NCBI GenBank assembly: GCA_965226495.1
Contig: OZ245365.1
Coordinates: forward strand, 4,832,001 to 4,896,000
Reading direction: 5' to 3'
DNA length: 64,000 nt
Source: Candidatus Marinacidobacterales bacterium
Lineage (GTDB): Bacteria > Acidobacteriota > Vicinamibacteria > Marinacidobacterales > DATDRI01
This document shows, in pieces, positions 36,492 to 45,548 of the stretch. The notes below the pieces were generated by a model. That model made no database searches. It was not told where the DNA came from and saw nothing but the letters and a program-made list of their open reading frames with translations. Made by a program: the position numbers and the translations under genes. Each line of letters begins with the position of its first letter. Within the stretch, counting starts at the first letter, position 1.

Positions 36492-38135
36492 TCAGAGTCC
36501 AACGACGCCAGCGTATGAGACGCCGGTGAGATAGGCAATGTCTCGCTTCCAGGTCGTCAGATCATTCAAAGAGAAATCCTTTAACCGTTCATGTCCACAC
36601 GCGCGCGCCAAGATTTTCATGAGTTCGACGGTGGCTTCCAGATAGTTATTGAGTTGCTTTGCGGATTCGTCCACAACCAGTCGTCGTCGAAGGCTCTCTT
36701 TTTGGGTCGCGATACCCACCGGGCAATTGTTGGTATGACATGCGCGCATTCCGAGACATCCAATCGCCTGAAGGGCGGAGTTCGCAATCGCAACCCCATC
36801 GGCACCCAAGGCCATCGCCTTGACGAAGTCCGATTCGGTTCGCAACCCGCCGGTGGCGATGAGAGTCACGTCCTTCGCTTCGCGCTTGTCGAGATGGACT
36901 CGGGCTCGCGCCAACGCCGCCATCGAGGGCACGGAAATGTTGTTCTTGAAGATCTCCGGAGCGGCACCGGTCGCACCGCCGCGCCCGTCCATGATGATGT
37001 AATCCACTCCGATCTCAAGAGCGAAGTCGATATCCACTTCCACGTGTTGGGCGGAGAGCTTGAAGCCGATTGGTATCCCACCCGCGACCTCGCGCACCTC
37101 GTCGGCGATACCGCGGAAGTCCTGGGGCTTTTCGAGGTCGGGGAAACGCGAGGGACTGATCGCCGATTGACCGGGCTCGAGACCGCGAACCGCCGCGATT
37201 TTCTCCGAGACTTTCTTGCCCGGAAGATGTCCTCCCGTGCCGGTCTTCGCGCCTTGGCCGCCCTTGAAATGAAACGCCTGTACTTTGCGAACCTTGTCCA
37301 GACTCCAGCCGAACCGAGCCGAGGCCAATTCGTAAAAGTAACGACTGTTCGCAGCCTGCTCCTCGGGAAGCATGCCTCCCTCGCCCGAGCAGATGCCGGT
37401 GCCGGCCATCTCCGCACCCTTCGCGAGCGCAGTCTTCGCCTCTTCACTCAAGGCACCGTAGCTCATGTCGCTGACGAACAAAGGAATCTCGAGACGCAAA
37501 GGCTTCTTTGCGTTCGGGCCAATGATGAGCTCAGTGCTTACGGGAACCTCTTCGAGAAGCGGTGGCCGTGCCAGTTGGCCAGTTAGGATTTGAATGTCGG
37601 TCCATCGCGGGAGCTCGGTGAGCGGCACTCCCATTGCCGAAACCGTTCCGTGTTGACCGACGTTCTTGAGCCCGTTCTTCGCCAGCTCTTGAATGGTTCC
37701 GTTATATGGCTCCTCGGGCCCGCCATGGATATCGGCATAAAGACCCAGGTACTCGTCGCGTCGGTAGGGCTGAGGATTTCCATCCTGCCAGGCGGCAATC
37801 TCGTTTTCGTCCACGTTCACGGAGTCATCGTCACGATCTATCCAAGCCTGAAACTTGTGCAGGCTCTCAGCATTGTTGTAATCGCTGACCCCTGTGTCGT
37901 AGCGGTAGTCCCAACCGTGAACGCCGCAGATCAAGTTATCTCGATCTATCGACCCGTCGGCCATGAGGGCGCCGCGGTGTTGACAACGACCGTAGAGAGC
38001 CGAGACGTTGTCGTCGTAGCGAACGATGACCAGGTCGACGTCCAGAACGCGGGCGTAGGTCGGCGTTCGATCCTCGAGAACACTCCACGTGGCCACTTTC
38101 ACCTTCTTGGCCGCTGCGGCTTCTTCTACAGCCAT
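36492..38135 (-). CDS. Rieske-domain-fused FMN-binding glutamate synthase-like protein
   Basis: CQHRG...CGVHGW (Rieske); MSYGALS, SGEGG, GQGAKTGTGGHLP, DGRGGATG, CLGMRACHTNNCPVG ([3Fe-4S]). Confidence 0.9.
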   Translation of the reverse strand: MAVEEAAAAKKVKVATWSVLEDRTPTYARVLDVDLVIVRYDDNVSALYGRCQHRGALMADGSIDRDNLICGVHGWDYRYDTGVSDYNNAESLHKFQAWIDRDDDSVNVDENEIAAWQDGNPQPYRRDEYLGLYADIHGGPEEPYNGTIQELAKNGLKNVGQHGTVSAMGVPLTELPRWTDIQILTGQLARPPLLEEVPVSTELIIGPNAKKPLRLEIPLFVSDMSYGALSEEAKTALAKGAEMAGTGICSGEGGMLPEEQAANSRYFYELASARFGWSLDKVRKVQAFHFKGGQGAKTGTGGHLPGKKVSEKIAAVRGLEPGQSAISPSRFPDLEKPQDFRGIADEVREVAGGIPIGFKLSAQHVEVDIDFALEIGVDYIIMDGRGGATGAAPEIFKNNISVPSMAALARARVHLDKREAKDVTLIATGGLRTESDFVKAMALGADGVAIANSALQAIGCLGMRACHTNNCPVGIATQKESLRRRLVVDESAKQLNNYLEATVELMKILARACGHERLKDFSLNDLTTWKRDIAYLTGVSYAGVVGL

Positions 38136-38374
38136 GCTGACCTCCTCGTCTTTAGATGCCTCGGACGTACCCGAGGTTACTGCCGCAGGATGGAAAGAGC
38201 AAGGATTCGAGATTAAGGACTTGACCTGGGACGAGACTTGGGTGAAAGTAAAAGTCTAAACTCCGCGCAATCTTAGGATGTGCGTGGCGGCTCGGCGCCG
38301 GGTTTGAGCGGCCCCAAGAGCTGGACGGGTTTGGGTCCGTCGTTATTGGTTACGCTCAGAAAGGAGGTGGTCCA

Positions 38375-38416
38375 TTGATTAGTTCTTCAGTTTCCGCGGA
38401 GGTGGCGTCCCCGTAG
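38375..38416 (+). CDS. Possible 13-aa peptide MISSSVSAEVASP
   Basis: TTG directly after AGAAAGGAGGTGGTCCA; TAG falls in a hairpin loop. Confidence 0.35.
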   Translation: MISSSVSAEVASP

Positions 38417-38504
38417 GGGGTGCATAGAAGCCTTCTTTCTGTTCGCAAAGGCAACGGCGCTCCCTCGATAGAAGGGGGTCCCAGCGCCACCAACGCGAAG
38501 CTAC

Positions 38505-38552
38505 AAAAAGCCCCGGTCTCGTCCATTGCGGCGGGCCGGGGCTTTCGCTTTT
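38505..38552. terminator. Bidirectional intrinsic terminator
   Basis: AAAAAGCCCCGGTCTCGTCC...GGCGGGCCGGGGCTTTCGCTTTT; A-tract before and T-tract after the stem. Confidence 0.8.
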
Positions 38553-38561
38553 CGCGCTACC

Positions 38562-40283
38562 TCAGTCGCCGGTGGAGCCTGGGCTGGAAGCACTTTGCAA
38601 TCTTTCTTCCCCCCGCATTTCGATATCACGCCGAGGAACGGGGTGTCGGATTCCCTCCTGGTCGAAGCGATCCTTAACCGCACGGGTGAGATCCCAGTAG
38701 ACGGCGAAGTAGTCCTCGGTCCGGACCCAGGGCCGGACGATGAAATCTACCGACCACTCGCTGAGCTCGTGGACCTTGATCGCAGTCGCGGGTTCCTTCA
38801 GAACGCGCTCGTCGCTTTGGACAACCTCCCACAGAATGCGTTCGGCCCGGGCGATGTCTTCGGAATGACTAACGCGAAACACGAGATCCACCCGCCGGGT
38901 GGGCTCGGCCGACTTGTTCCGGATGACGCTGCCCCAAATCTTTCCGTTGGGAACGATGAGCACCTGATTGTCGAACGTGGTTATGGACGTCGTCACGAGG
39001 CTCATCTTGGCGACTTTGCCCGACACGCCCGCCGCCTCAATGACGTGTCCTACATCAAAGGGTTGGTACACGAGGATCATCACACCTGCAGCGAAATTGG
39101 AAAGTGTGTCCTGTAGCGCAAACCCGACGATGAACCCAGCGATACCGAGACCGGCAAGCAGAGGTCCGAGCTCGATGCCAATCTGGGCCAACGCGATGAG
39201 AAAGCCGACAAGGAGAACCGCCCTCGAGGACATCGACACCGCAATATCGCGGAGAAGCATCGGTACCTTCTGCGAGGGGCTGGCGACACTTCTGGCCACG
39301 ATGCGTTGGACGATGTTGGCGAGCACCTTGGCGATCCCGACGATGATCAGGAACAGGAACATTTTAAGGATGAGGGAGACCCCATTGGCCTGGAGCCAAT
39401 CCACGAAACGATTCCAGCCTTGGTCCAAGAGCCCGAAAGCCACTCGCGAGTCGAAGATGTCGGAGGTCACGTTCCCGGTGGTCCGAATTAGGAGCTGCCG
39501 GTACTCGGTGGTGTCGAGCCCCCGCGAGTCCATGAGATCCACAACGCTCGTAAGACTGTTGCTCGCCGTGTGAACTCGCTGCTCCAATGCCCGTTGCTCG
39601 GCTCGGAGCTGGACCGCCGCGCTGCCCTCCACACCTTTCACGCTTTCCCGGACCACCGCGAGGCGATCTTGTGCGACTCCAATATGGGCATCCAGAGATG
39701 CCGCGTGATCGAGGAGGAGCCGGTCCAGGAACACTAGTTGCTCGCTCGCATCGATGCCAAGGTTCAGCGCGAACGTGCAGTACTTCAGGTAGCCCGACAT
39801 GAGCATATCCAACGCGAGAACCTCTTGAGCGATCTCTTGCTCGATGGCCAAATGCTCCTCTGGAGAGAGCTCGCTCCGTCGGCGCAGAAACTCGCTGACC
39901 AGCTCTCCTCGCCTGTCGATATCTTCCCGCAGCAGCGGGAAAGCGATGTCGAGGATCTCTTCCGCAACAGCTAGCGGTCGGTCCACCGGTTGAGCAGTGG
40001 CACGAAGCTGGTCGATGTTCTCAATGAGTTTCTCGAGCTTGTCGCGGATCTCATCCCCGCGTCGGCCGAGGCGCGCCCACAGGGCCACTCGATCGTCTCC
40101 GGTGGTTTCGACATAGCGAGCGTAGAGCTCCACCGCGTCGTCCTTGAGAGCATCGAGCTCGTCGGCGAGCTGCCCGGTCTCCGCGAGGAGAGATGGCTCC
40201 TGCGCGCTTGCTCCGGCGGCAAAAAGCCACCCCGCCAGCAATGCCAGGGCGCAGCCGTTCCTGGTTCTCATGCCAATTCTCAT
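38562..40283 (-). CDS. MscS-family mechanosensitive channel with large periplasmic helical domain
   Basis: GLGIAGFIVGFALQDTLSNFAAG, PFDVG, VPNGKIWG; N-terminal signal peptide. Confidence 0.92.
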   Translation of the reverse strand: MRIGMRTRNGCALALLAGWLFAAGASAQEPSLLAETGQLADELDALKDDAVELYARYVETTGDDRVALWARLGRRGDEIRDKLEKLIENIDQLRATAQPVDRPLAVAEEILDIAFPLLREDIDRRGELVSEFLRRRSELSPEEHLAIEQEIAQEVLALDMLMSGYLKYCTFALNLGIDASEQLVFLDRLLLDHAASLDAHIGVAQDRLAVVRESVKGVEGSAAVQLRAEQRALEQRVHTASNSLTSVVDLMDSRGLDTTEYRQLLIRTTGNVTSDIFDSRVAFGLLDQGWNRFVDWLQANGVSLILKMFLFLIIVGIAKVLANIVQRIVARSVASPSQKVPMLLRDIAVSMSSRAVLLVGFLIALAQIGIELGPLLAGLGIAGFIVGFALQDTLSNFAAGVMILVYQPFDVGHVIEAAGVSGKVAKMSLVTTSITTFDNQVLIVPNGKIWGSVIRNKSAEPTRRVDLVFRVSHSEDIARAERILWEVVQSDERVLKEPATAIKVHELSEWSVDFIVRPWVRTEDYFAVYWDLTRAVKDRFDQEGIRHPVPRRDIEMRGEERLQSASSPGSTGD

Positions 40284-40354
40284 AGCGGAGACCGAGTCTA
40301 CCGTCGCCCCTTGCGCTCGCGCAAGCGAAGTGGGCCGCCTTCTGACATGAGCGC

Positions 40355-40368
40355 TTGACTCGAGTCAT
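40355..40368. promoter_or_regulatory. FNR/FixK/Dnr-like box upstream of the oxidase operon
   Basis: TTGAC-TCGA-GTCAT resembles TTGAY-N4-RTCAA with one mismatch. Confidence 0.4.
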
Positions 40369-40424
40369 TGCTAGCACTTAACCTTGCTGTGCTCGTCAAG
40401 CGGCCGGCCAGAAGTTGATCAGCG

Positions 40425-40552
40425 ATGGACGAAGAAGAGCTAAAGGACGTCGAGCATCCCAAGGGCACGCTCGCCATCGTACTGATCTACGCCACCTTGT
40501 TCATCCTGGGTTGTTAGTCTTGTACTACGGCGAGTTCCTACCCCGTGGCTAA
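40425..40552 (+). pseudogene. cbaD: ba3-type cytochrome c oxidase subunit IIa, one base missing near 40513
   Basis: MDEEELKDVEHPKGTLAIVLIYATLFILG[W]LVLYYGEFLPRG*; the PKG...W...Y...F..RG pattern is typical of subunit IIa. Confidence 0.7.
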
Positions 40553-40585
40553 TCCGATGCATCCCCGACCATTCAGATCATAAAG

Positions 40586-41058
40586 ATGAAAGTTGATCTC
40601 TTTGAAAGGATTTGGATGGGGGCGGCGACCTTCATGCTGGTGGCTTTCGTCATTGCCATCATCGTTTCCGCCACCGTTTCCGCTGTTCACCCGCCTAGCC
40701 ACATCGAGACCATCGACCCTGCCCGGGTGCGCACGGAGGCCGAGTTCGCTAGCCCCGCGTCAATGAGGATGACAGTGGCATTACCGTCGTTGTATTGACC
40801 GAGCTCTACCGTTTCACTCCCTCGATCATTCGGGTCCCCGCCGGCAAACCCATCCGGTTTCGACTCACCAGCCCGTACGTACTCCACGGGTTCCAGATCG
40901 TCGGCACCAATGCCAACGTGGTCGTGGCTCCCGGCTACGTGAGTGAGCTGGTGACGTCGTTTCCGAAGGCAGGCAAGTATCTCATCGTGTGCAACGAGTA
41001 TTGCGGACTATCGCACCATTTGATGCAGGCAACACTCATCGTGGAGCAAACACCGTGA
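40586..41058 (+). pseudogene. cbaB: ba3-type cytochrome c oxidase subunit II, frameshift near 40757
   Basis: MKVDLFERIW...ETIDP..V, then a second frame F.P..IRVPAG...HGF...CNEYCGLSHHLM (CuA site). Confidence 0.85.
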
Positions 41059-41156
41059 TTCCCGGACGGCGTCTGACGCTGGCGAATTTTTGGGTCGCGG
41101 TCGGTGCGTTTGGACTGGGTGCAGCGATGGCGGTCATGCAGGCGCTGGCACGCGCA
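41055..41156 (+). pseudogene. cbaA: 5' stub of ba3-type oxidase subunit I
   Basis: GTGA-coupled start MIPGRRLTLANFWVAVGAFGLGAAMAVMQALARA (first TM helix), then the sequence switches abruptly to the opposite-strand gene. Confidence 0.65.
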
Positions 41157-41730
41157 CCTCTTTGCCTTGGCGACGCTCGGTTTCGTAGTAGTAGGTGCCC
41201 TTCTGCCCGTCGTATTCGGTGGTGGTTTCGGCATCGTACGTCCAGTACGGAAGGTAGACTCCATCCAAACCATCCTTGCGGGTTCGCCTCACCAAGTCGC
41301 CAGGGGCGAACCATCGACTCTTTACCCACTTCGTGAATACCTCCTGCGCCTGCCTTCGATTCAGTACAAAAGGCAGGACACTTTCCGGCACGATGACGTC
41401 TTCACTTGCCTCCTCCAAAACGACCGGCGAATCGCAGAACGGGCAACGTGTCGATTGCTCGGTGACGATCGTAACGGCGCCGCATCCGCTGCATCGAAGC
41501 TCCTTCGCGTTGTCTGCAAAAGCGCGCAACGGAACGGCATCCCGACCAGCAAGCGCTTCTTCGAGAAAATACTCTTCGATGGCGACGGGCTCGCCAACTT
41601 CGATCTTCTGCTTCCCCCCACAGTAAGGACAGACGAGACTCAGGGTTCCCGGTTTGAACTCGAGCGCAGCCCCACAGCCCCCGCAGGGAAACTCGTGCTT
41701 CGAGGCCGTGTCAGTTTGCTCGGACTTCAT
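41134..41730 (-). pseudogene. Double Zn-ribbon protein, 3'-truncated
   Basis: FPCGGCG...CPYCG...CSGCGA...CPFCD, WFAP, GVYLPYWTYD; ends abruptly at the cbaA junction. Confidence 0.7.
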
Positions 41731-41882
41731 GAGCTCCGCATCGCATCTGTCAACACAAGGACCCGTCGCGTTCGGGTAAAACTTCACTACGATAGGGGAA
41801 GGGATTAACTATTTTATTTTACAACCGCTGCAGGCCACTCTGCCAATGGGGCGGCCCCCCGGCTGTCCAAACGAACCTACAA

Positions 41883-42908
41883 TCACTCTACCGGAACAGG
41901 TATCAGCGTCATAACCGAAAGGGCAATTACGAGACCGACGAACTCGACAAAGGCTATCCTGTCTCCCTCTTCATCCTTGCTTCCCGTCCAGGTGCGCCAG
42001 CCAGCAGCCACGAGAAGAAGAAGGAGCAGCCCTTCAGCCGTGAAAAACCAGGCGACTCCGATGACGATGGTCACCCAAAAGCGCTGGTGACGAGAAAGTG
42101 CTCGAAAGCCTCGACTCCCATCGAGCTGCCAAACGGGAAAGAGGTTGAACAAGTTGATCCACGCACCGATTCGGGCGACGGCGGCCCAGATGGGTCCGCC
42201 GCCGACCAGAAAAACGAGATAAGCCCCGACGGCAGCTCCTAAACCCCAGAGCGGTCCTGCCAGCCCCACGCGCGCGTCCTCACGTGCGTCAACGGGGTAT
42301 TGATTGAGCCGAACGAAGGCACCAAGACCGGGAATGAACATCGGAGCCGACGCCGCGATCCCGAATCGACGAAGGGCCGCTACATGTCCCATCTCGTGGA
42401 TATAGATAGAGACGACCAGACCCAAACCGAACTTCCAGCCAAAGGCAGCCCAATAGACGCCCAGGGATAGAAACATTGAGAAGAACGTTCCCGACTTGGT
42501 AAGACCCGCTAAAAGGAACTTGGCCTTCGTAGCCACGAAGGCGGCGACGGTCTTCAGCTTCCAAAGCAGTAGGAGAATTCCACCAAGACCCCACCAGCCC
42601 CGACTCTTCGGACGCGAACCGAGTTGTTCCTCCGAGGCGGCAGGCGTATCGGCGGCGGGCGCCTGGTCCAATAAACGACTGAGCGCACTGGCTTTTTTAG
42701 AGACGGATTGATGCTGACCCGAGCCGGGAGGCAGGAGATCGAGGACCTGGCGCCACGCCTCTAGCTCGCCCAATGTGTCCTGTTTTTTGGAGCGAGCCGC
42801 GGCCACTCCTGCGAGACGCTCCAGCTCCTCTTTGTGAACGAGTTGATGACAGACAGGACAGCTAAGGCGATTCTCGGACAGTTCGGTGCCGCAACCTTGA
42901 CACGCCAT
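41883..42908 (-). CDS. Site-2 (M50) intramembrane protease with N-terminal Zn ribbon
   Basis: CQGC...CPVC; HEMGH, LAGP, NLFPVWQLDG. Confidence 0.88.
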   Translation of the reverse strand: MACQGCGTELSENRLSCPVCHQLVHKEELERLAGVAAARSKKQDTLGELEAWRQVLDLLPPGSGQHQSVSKKASALSRLLDQAPAADTPAASEEQLGSRPKSRGWWGLGGILLLLWKLKTVAAFVATKAKFLLAGLTKSGTFFSMFLSLGVYWAAFGWKFGLGLVVSIYIHEMGHVAALRRFGIAASAPMFIPGLGAFVRLNQYPVDAREDARVGLAGPLWGLGAAVGAYLVFLVGGGPIWAAVARIGAWINLFNLFPVWQLDGSRGFRALSRHQRFWVTIVIGVAWFFTAEGLLLLLLVAAGWRTWTGSKDEEGDRIAFVEFVGLVIALSVMTLIPVPVE

Positions 42909-43717
42909 CAGCCGAGACTTGAGACTTTGGGCGACGACCCGGCGGGCCCACTCTCACCAACCTTGAAAGGCCCGACCACTCCAAACGGCTGGTACTCATT
43001 CAACTTCCACGCCTGGTAAAGTGCGAACCCGATGATCAAGATTCCGATGACGTTCTCGAACCCAGCGAGAAACGGGCTTGCCAAAACGAACAAGGCGAAG
43101 AGCGCGAGTGCAAAGACCGCATCCGAAGTCGAGAGCTCCTCCGCGATCACGCCGTTCGATTTTTCCTGCCCAGCACCGTTTTCAGGCGAGGCCCCGGTTG
43201 ATAGTTCGTCATTCGCTTCGGGAACCACCTCGCTTTCCCCATCCGAAATCGGCGACTCCGCCTGCTCCATCTCACCCATTCCCTCGATGATAAACGGGAC
43301 ATAGGTACTGACGATGGCGATGTAAGTGATGGCTACCGCGAGCGCTTGATACGCCCTTCCTCCAGCGCCTCCGGAGCCCCATCGCACTGCGACGCCAACG
43401 ATATAGCCGACGACGATCGCAACCAGACCGATCTCGTATCCGGTCAGGGCGACAACGGCGTAGTAGATTCCGGCACCGATCGCGCCTGCAAAGCCGCCCG
43501 CCAAAACGGAGCGTAGCAGGCGACCGAACGAAGAACCCCTCGCCCGCTCATTCTCCACCTCGTAGCGACACGCCTCACAGGTGGTTTGGCCGTTGATATC
43601 GAAATACGCGTCGTAGATAGGCTGGTTGCAACGCGCGCAGCTCAGCGAGGGTTCGTCACTCCCGAAATCCGCCTTGTCGAAGTCCATCTTGCCTTCGCGT
43701 TCCGGGTTTTCATCCAC
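42908..43717 (-). CDS. Membrane protein with N-terminal CxxC...CxxC
   Basis: CARC...CEAC then about 5 TM helices; 1-nt overlap with the M50 gene. Confidence 0.78.
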   Translation of the reverse strand: MDENPEREGKMDFDKADFGSDEPSLSCARCNQPIYDAYFDINGQTTCEACRYEVENERARGSSFGRLLRSVLAGGFAGAIGAGIYYAVVALTGYEIGLVAIVVGYIVGVAVRWGSGGAGGRAYQALAVAITYIAIVSTYVPFIIEGMGEMEQAESPISDGESEVVPEANDELSTGASPENGAGQEKSNGVIAEELSTSDAVFALALFALFVLASPFLAGFENVIGILIIGFALYQAWKLNEYQPFGVVGPFKVGESGPAGSSPKVSSLG

Positions 43718-43751
43718 GGTTGCCCCCCTTACGGGAGATTTGTCAACGTCA

Positions 43752-45056
43752 CTACCACGCGTTCAACAGTTGCTCCCAACCGCTGCGCTCCAGAGCAGAA
43801 ACCTCGCGCCGGAGCTCTTCCAGAGAGCGGGACGCGACGGAAGCCCGTGGGCTGCAGGTTCCAGTCCGCAGGAAGTCGAGCGCCTCGGCCAGAGAAGCCT
43901 CTTCCGGGTCGCCCAAGGCGTTGTCGAGATCGTCGGCGGCGGCGCAGTCGGCCCGAAGCCCCGAGAAGAAGTCTCCCTCACCCGAGGCATTGCGTGTCTC
44001 GAAGGATACGGGGAACAAGACCTTGTCGCAGAAGTTGAACCCGTACTGGCCGACCGGTTTGCCGAACGTCCTGCCCCCCACGATCGTCACCGGCAGGAAC
44101 GGCCTCAGTCCATTTATCAGCGTCTCGCTTGCCGAAGCGGAGGCTCGAGTAGTGATCACGACGAGGCGAGGCACGTCGACCGCTCGCGCCGGATCTTCGA
44201 GGCGGAGCACCTGATTCCGGGATGTGTTCTTATCGTTGTGGAAGAATTCCACGAAAACCTGCGTATTGGTTCGCACGCCACCGACGAGCCCCGCCAAGTG
44301 TTGACTGACGCTCACCAGACCTCCCCCGTTGTAACGCAGATCGAGGATCACATCCGTCACGCCCGCGGCCTTGAATTTCCGGAAGGCGCGATTGAGAGCG
44401 TTGATAGAGGGCTCAACGAAGTTTCGGAAATGGAGGTAGCCCACCGGCAAACCGTCGACGTCGAATACCTTCGTGTCGGAAACAGTAGGGATGGTGACCG
44501 CGCGCTTGGTAACCACCTCGCTGCGCGTCTCTCCTCGGACGGTACGCCACGTGAGCTCTCTACTCACGCCGATCGTGCTCGGACCGAGTGCCGAGCCGAA
44601 CTCGCCCGCATCTAAGAGCTCCGACACTGACCGTCCATCGATCGCCAGAAGGAATGCGCCTCGATTCAAGCCCGCCTCCGAAGCCGGGCTTTTCCCGAAC
44701 ACCTGTGTCAACCGGATCTCTCGCCGAGCCGTCTGCTCGGTACTAAAACCAAATCCAACAAATTGGCTCTCTGAGAAGAAGGCGTCCGTCTCGGCGCGGG
44801 AGGAGATGCCGCTGAAGCTTCTGTCGAGCGGGCGGAAACGAACCGCCTCGAGGTAGGCCTCGGGCGAGTCGAAGAGCGCCGGGTTCGTGTCGGGTAGCTC
44901 CCGATACCAAAAATAGATGTCGAAGAGAATGTCGCGAACGAAGTTGTTCTGCCCGAGTACCGAGCAGTCTGTCTGCGCGAGCGTGGGCCCGCCGGCGCCC
45001 ACGAACAGAACCACTACAAAGAAAACCCGGAGGGTTCTTGTCAGGGGGTGTAGCAC
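43752..45056 (-). CDS. S41-family (carboxy-terminal) peptidase with PDZ
   Basis: YFWY, SPASEAGL.RG, LDLRYNGGG, ASASASE, TFGKPVG. Confidence 0.92.
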   Translation of the reverse strand: MLHPLTRTLRVFFVVVLFVGAGGPTLAQTDCSVLGQNNFVRDILFDIYFWYRELPDTNPALFDSPEAYLEAVRFRPLDRSFSGISSRAETDAFFSESQFVGFGFSTEQTARREIRLTQVFGKSPASEAGLNRGAFLLAIDGRSVSELLDAGEFGSALGPSTIGVSRELTWRTVRGETRSEVVTKRAVTIPTVSDTKVFDVDGLPVGYLHFRNFVEPSINALNRAFRKFKAAGVTDVILDLRYNGGGLVSVSQHLAGLVGGVRTNTQVFVEFFHNDKNTSRNQVLRLEDPARAVDVPRLVVITTRASASASETLINGLRPFLPVTIVGGRTFGKPVGQYGFNFCDKVLFPVSFETRNASGEGDFFSGLRADCAAADDLDNALGDPEEASLAEALDFLRTGTCSPRASVASRSLEELRREVSALERSGWEQLLNAW

Positions 45057-45158
45057 GTTGATGGTCCTCCTAGAAGATGTCGCCCCTTATTGTACCAACT
45101 CCAAGACCTTTTCTCAGATTCGCCTCGCGACGACGGCAAGCTAATCAAGCTAGTCAGG

Positions 45159-45542
45159 CTATTCAGGGATTTCCACTTTAATCCACTCAGCGCCGAGTTT
45201 CGGGTCGTTGTCCTTGAACTTTACCTCCACCATCCGACCCGCCGCGAGATCCGAGAAGCCGCCTACTTGGTTGGTCGATTTCATTTTGCTCTTGTCCAAC
45301 CAAATGCTGCAGCCCTCTGCCACTTGAATCGTGTAACTCCCCGCCGCGTCCGACATCGTGACTGTCTGATCCGTAGCGTTTAGTGCTTCGATCTTTCCCA
45401 TCTTCGTGTACTCACCCGACAAGCCCGGTGACTTCCCGATGGGAATAAATATTTCCGTCGTTTTCTGTACGCTCGCGTTGGGCAGGGCACCCATCGCTGC
45501 GAGAGCGATGCCAATGACTATCACGTATCTCAACATGTCCAT
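45159..45542 (-). CDS. Small exported OB-fold-like hypothetical protein
   Basis: AGGAG RBS, signal peptide, SDLAAGRMVEVKF; 6 bp downstream of the cytochrome gene. Confidence 0.75.
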   Translation of the reverse strand: MDMLRYVIVIGIALAAMGALPNASVQKTTEIFIPIGKSPGLSGEYTKMGKIEALNATDQTVTMSDAAGSYTIQVAEGCSIWLDKSKMKSTNQVGGFSDLAAGRMVEVKFKDNDPKLGAEWIKVEIPE

Positions 45543-45548
45543 GTCTCC

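Larger units (their letters stand above)
38285..38552 (+). ncRNA. Candidate structured RNA / small-ORF transcript
   Basis: Series of hairpins, a 17-nt 16S-3'-end-complementary tract at 38358-38374 and its own terminator; both flanking genes are on the other strand. Confidence 0.55.

Noticed and set aside
36591-37586. Long antisense ORFs (36591..37586, 43626..44615, 60103..61134 and similar)
   Set aside because: Shadow frames of well-supported genes in GC-rich DNA, with no motifs or RBS.
38358-38374. Remnant of a 16S rRNA gene on the minus strand
   Set aside because: Similarity stops after 17 nt; the sequence does not continue into the helix-45 complement (GCCGCA...).
41134-41730. PriA/helicase label often given to this Zn-ribbon family
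   Set aside because: No Walker or helicase motifs, only CxxC pairs.
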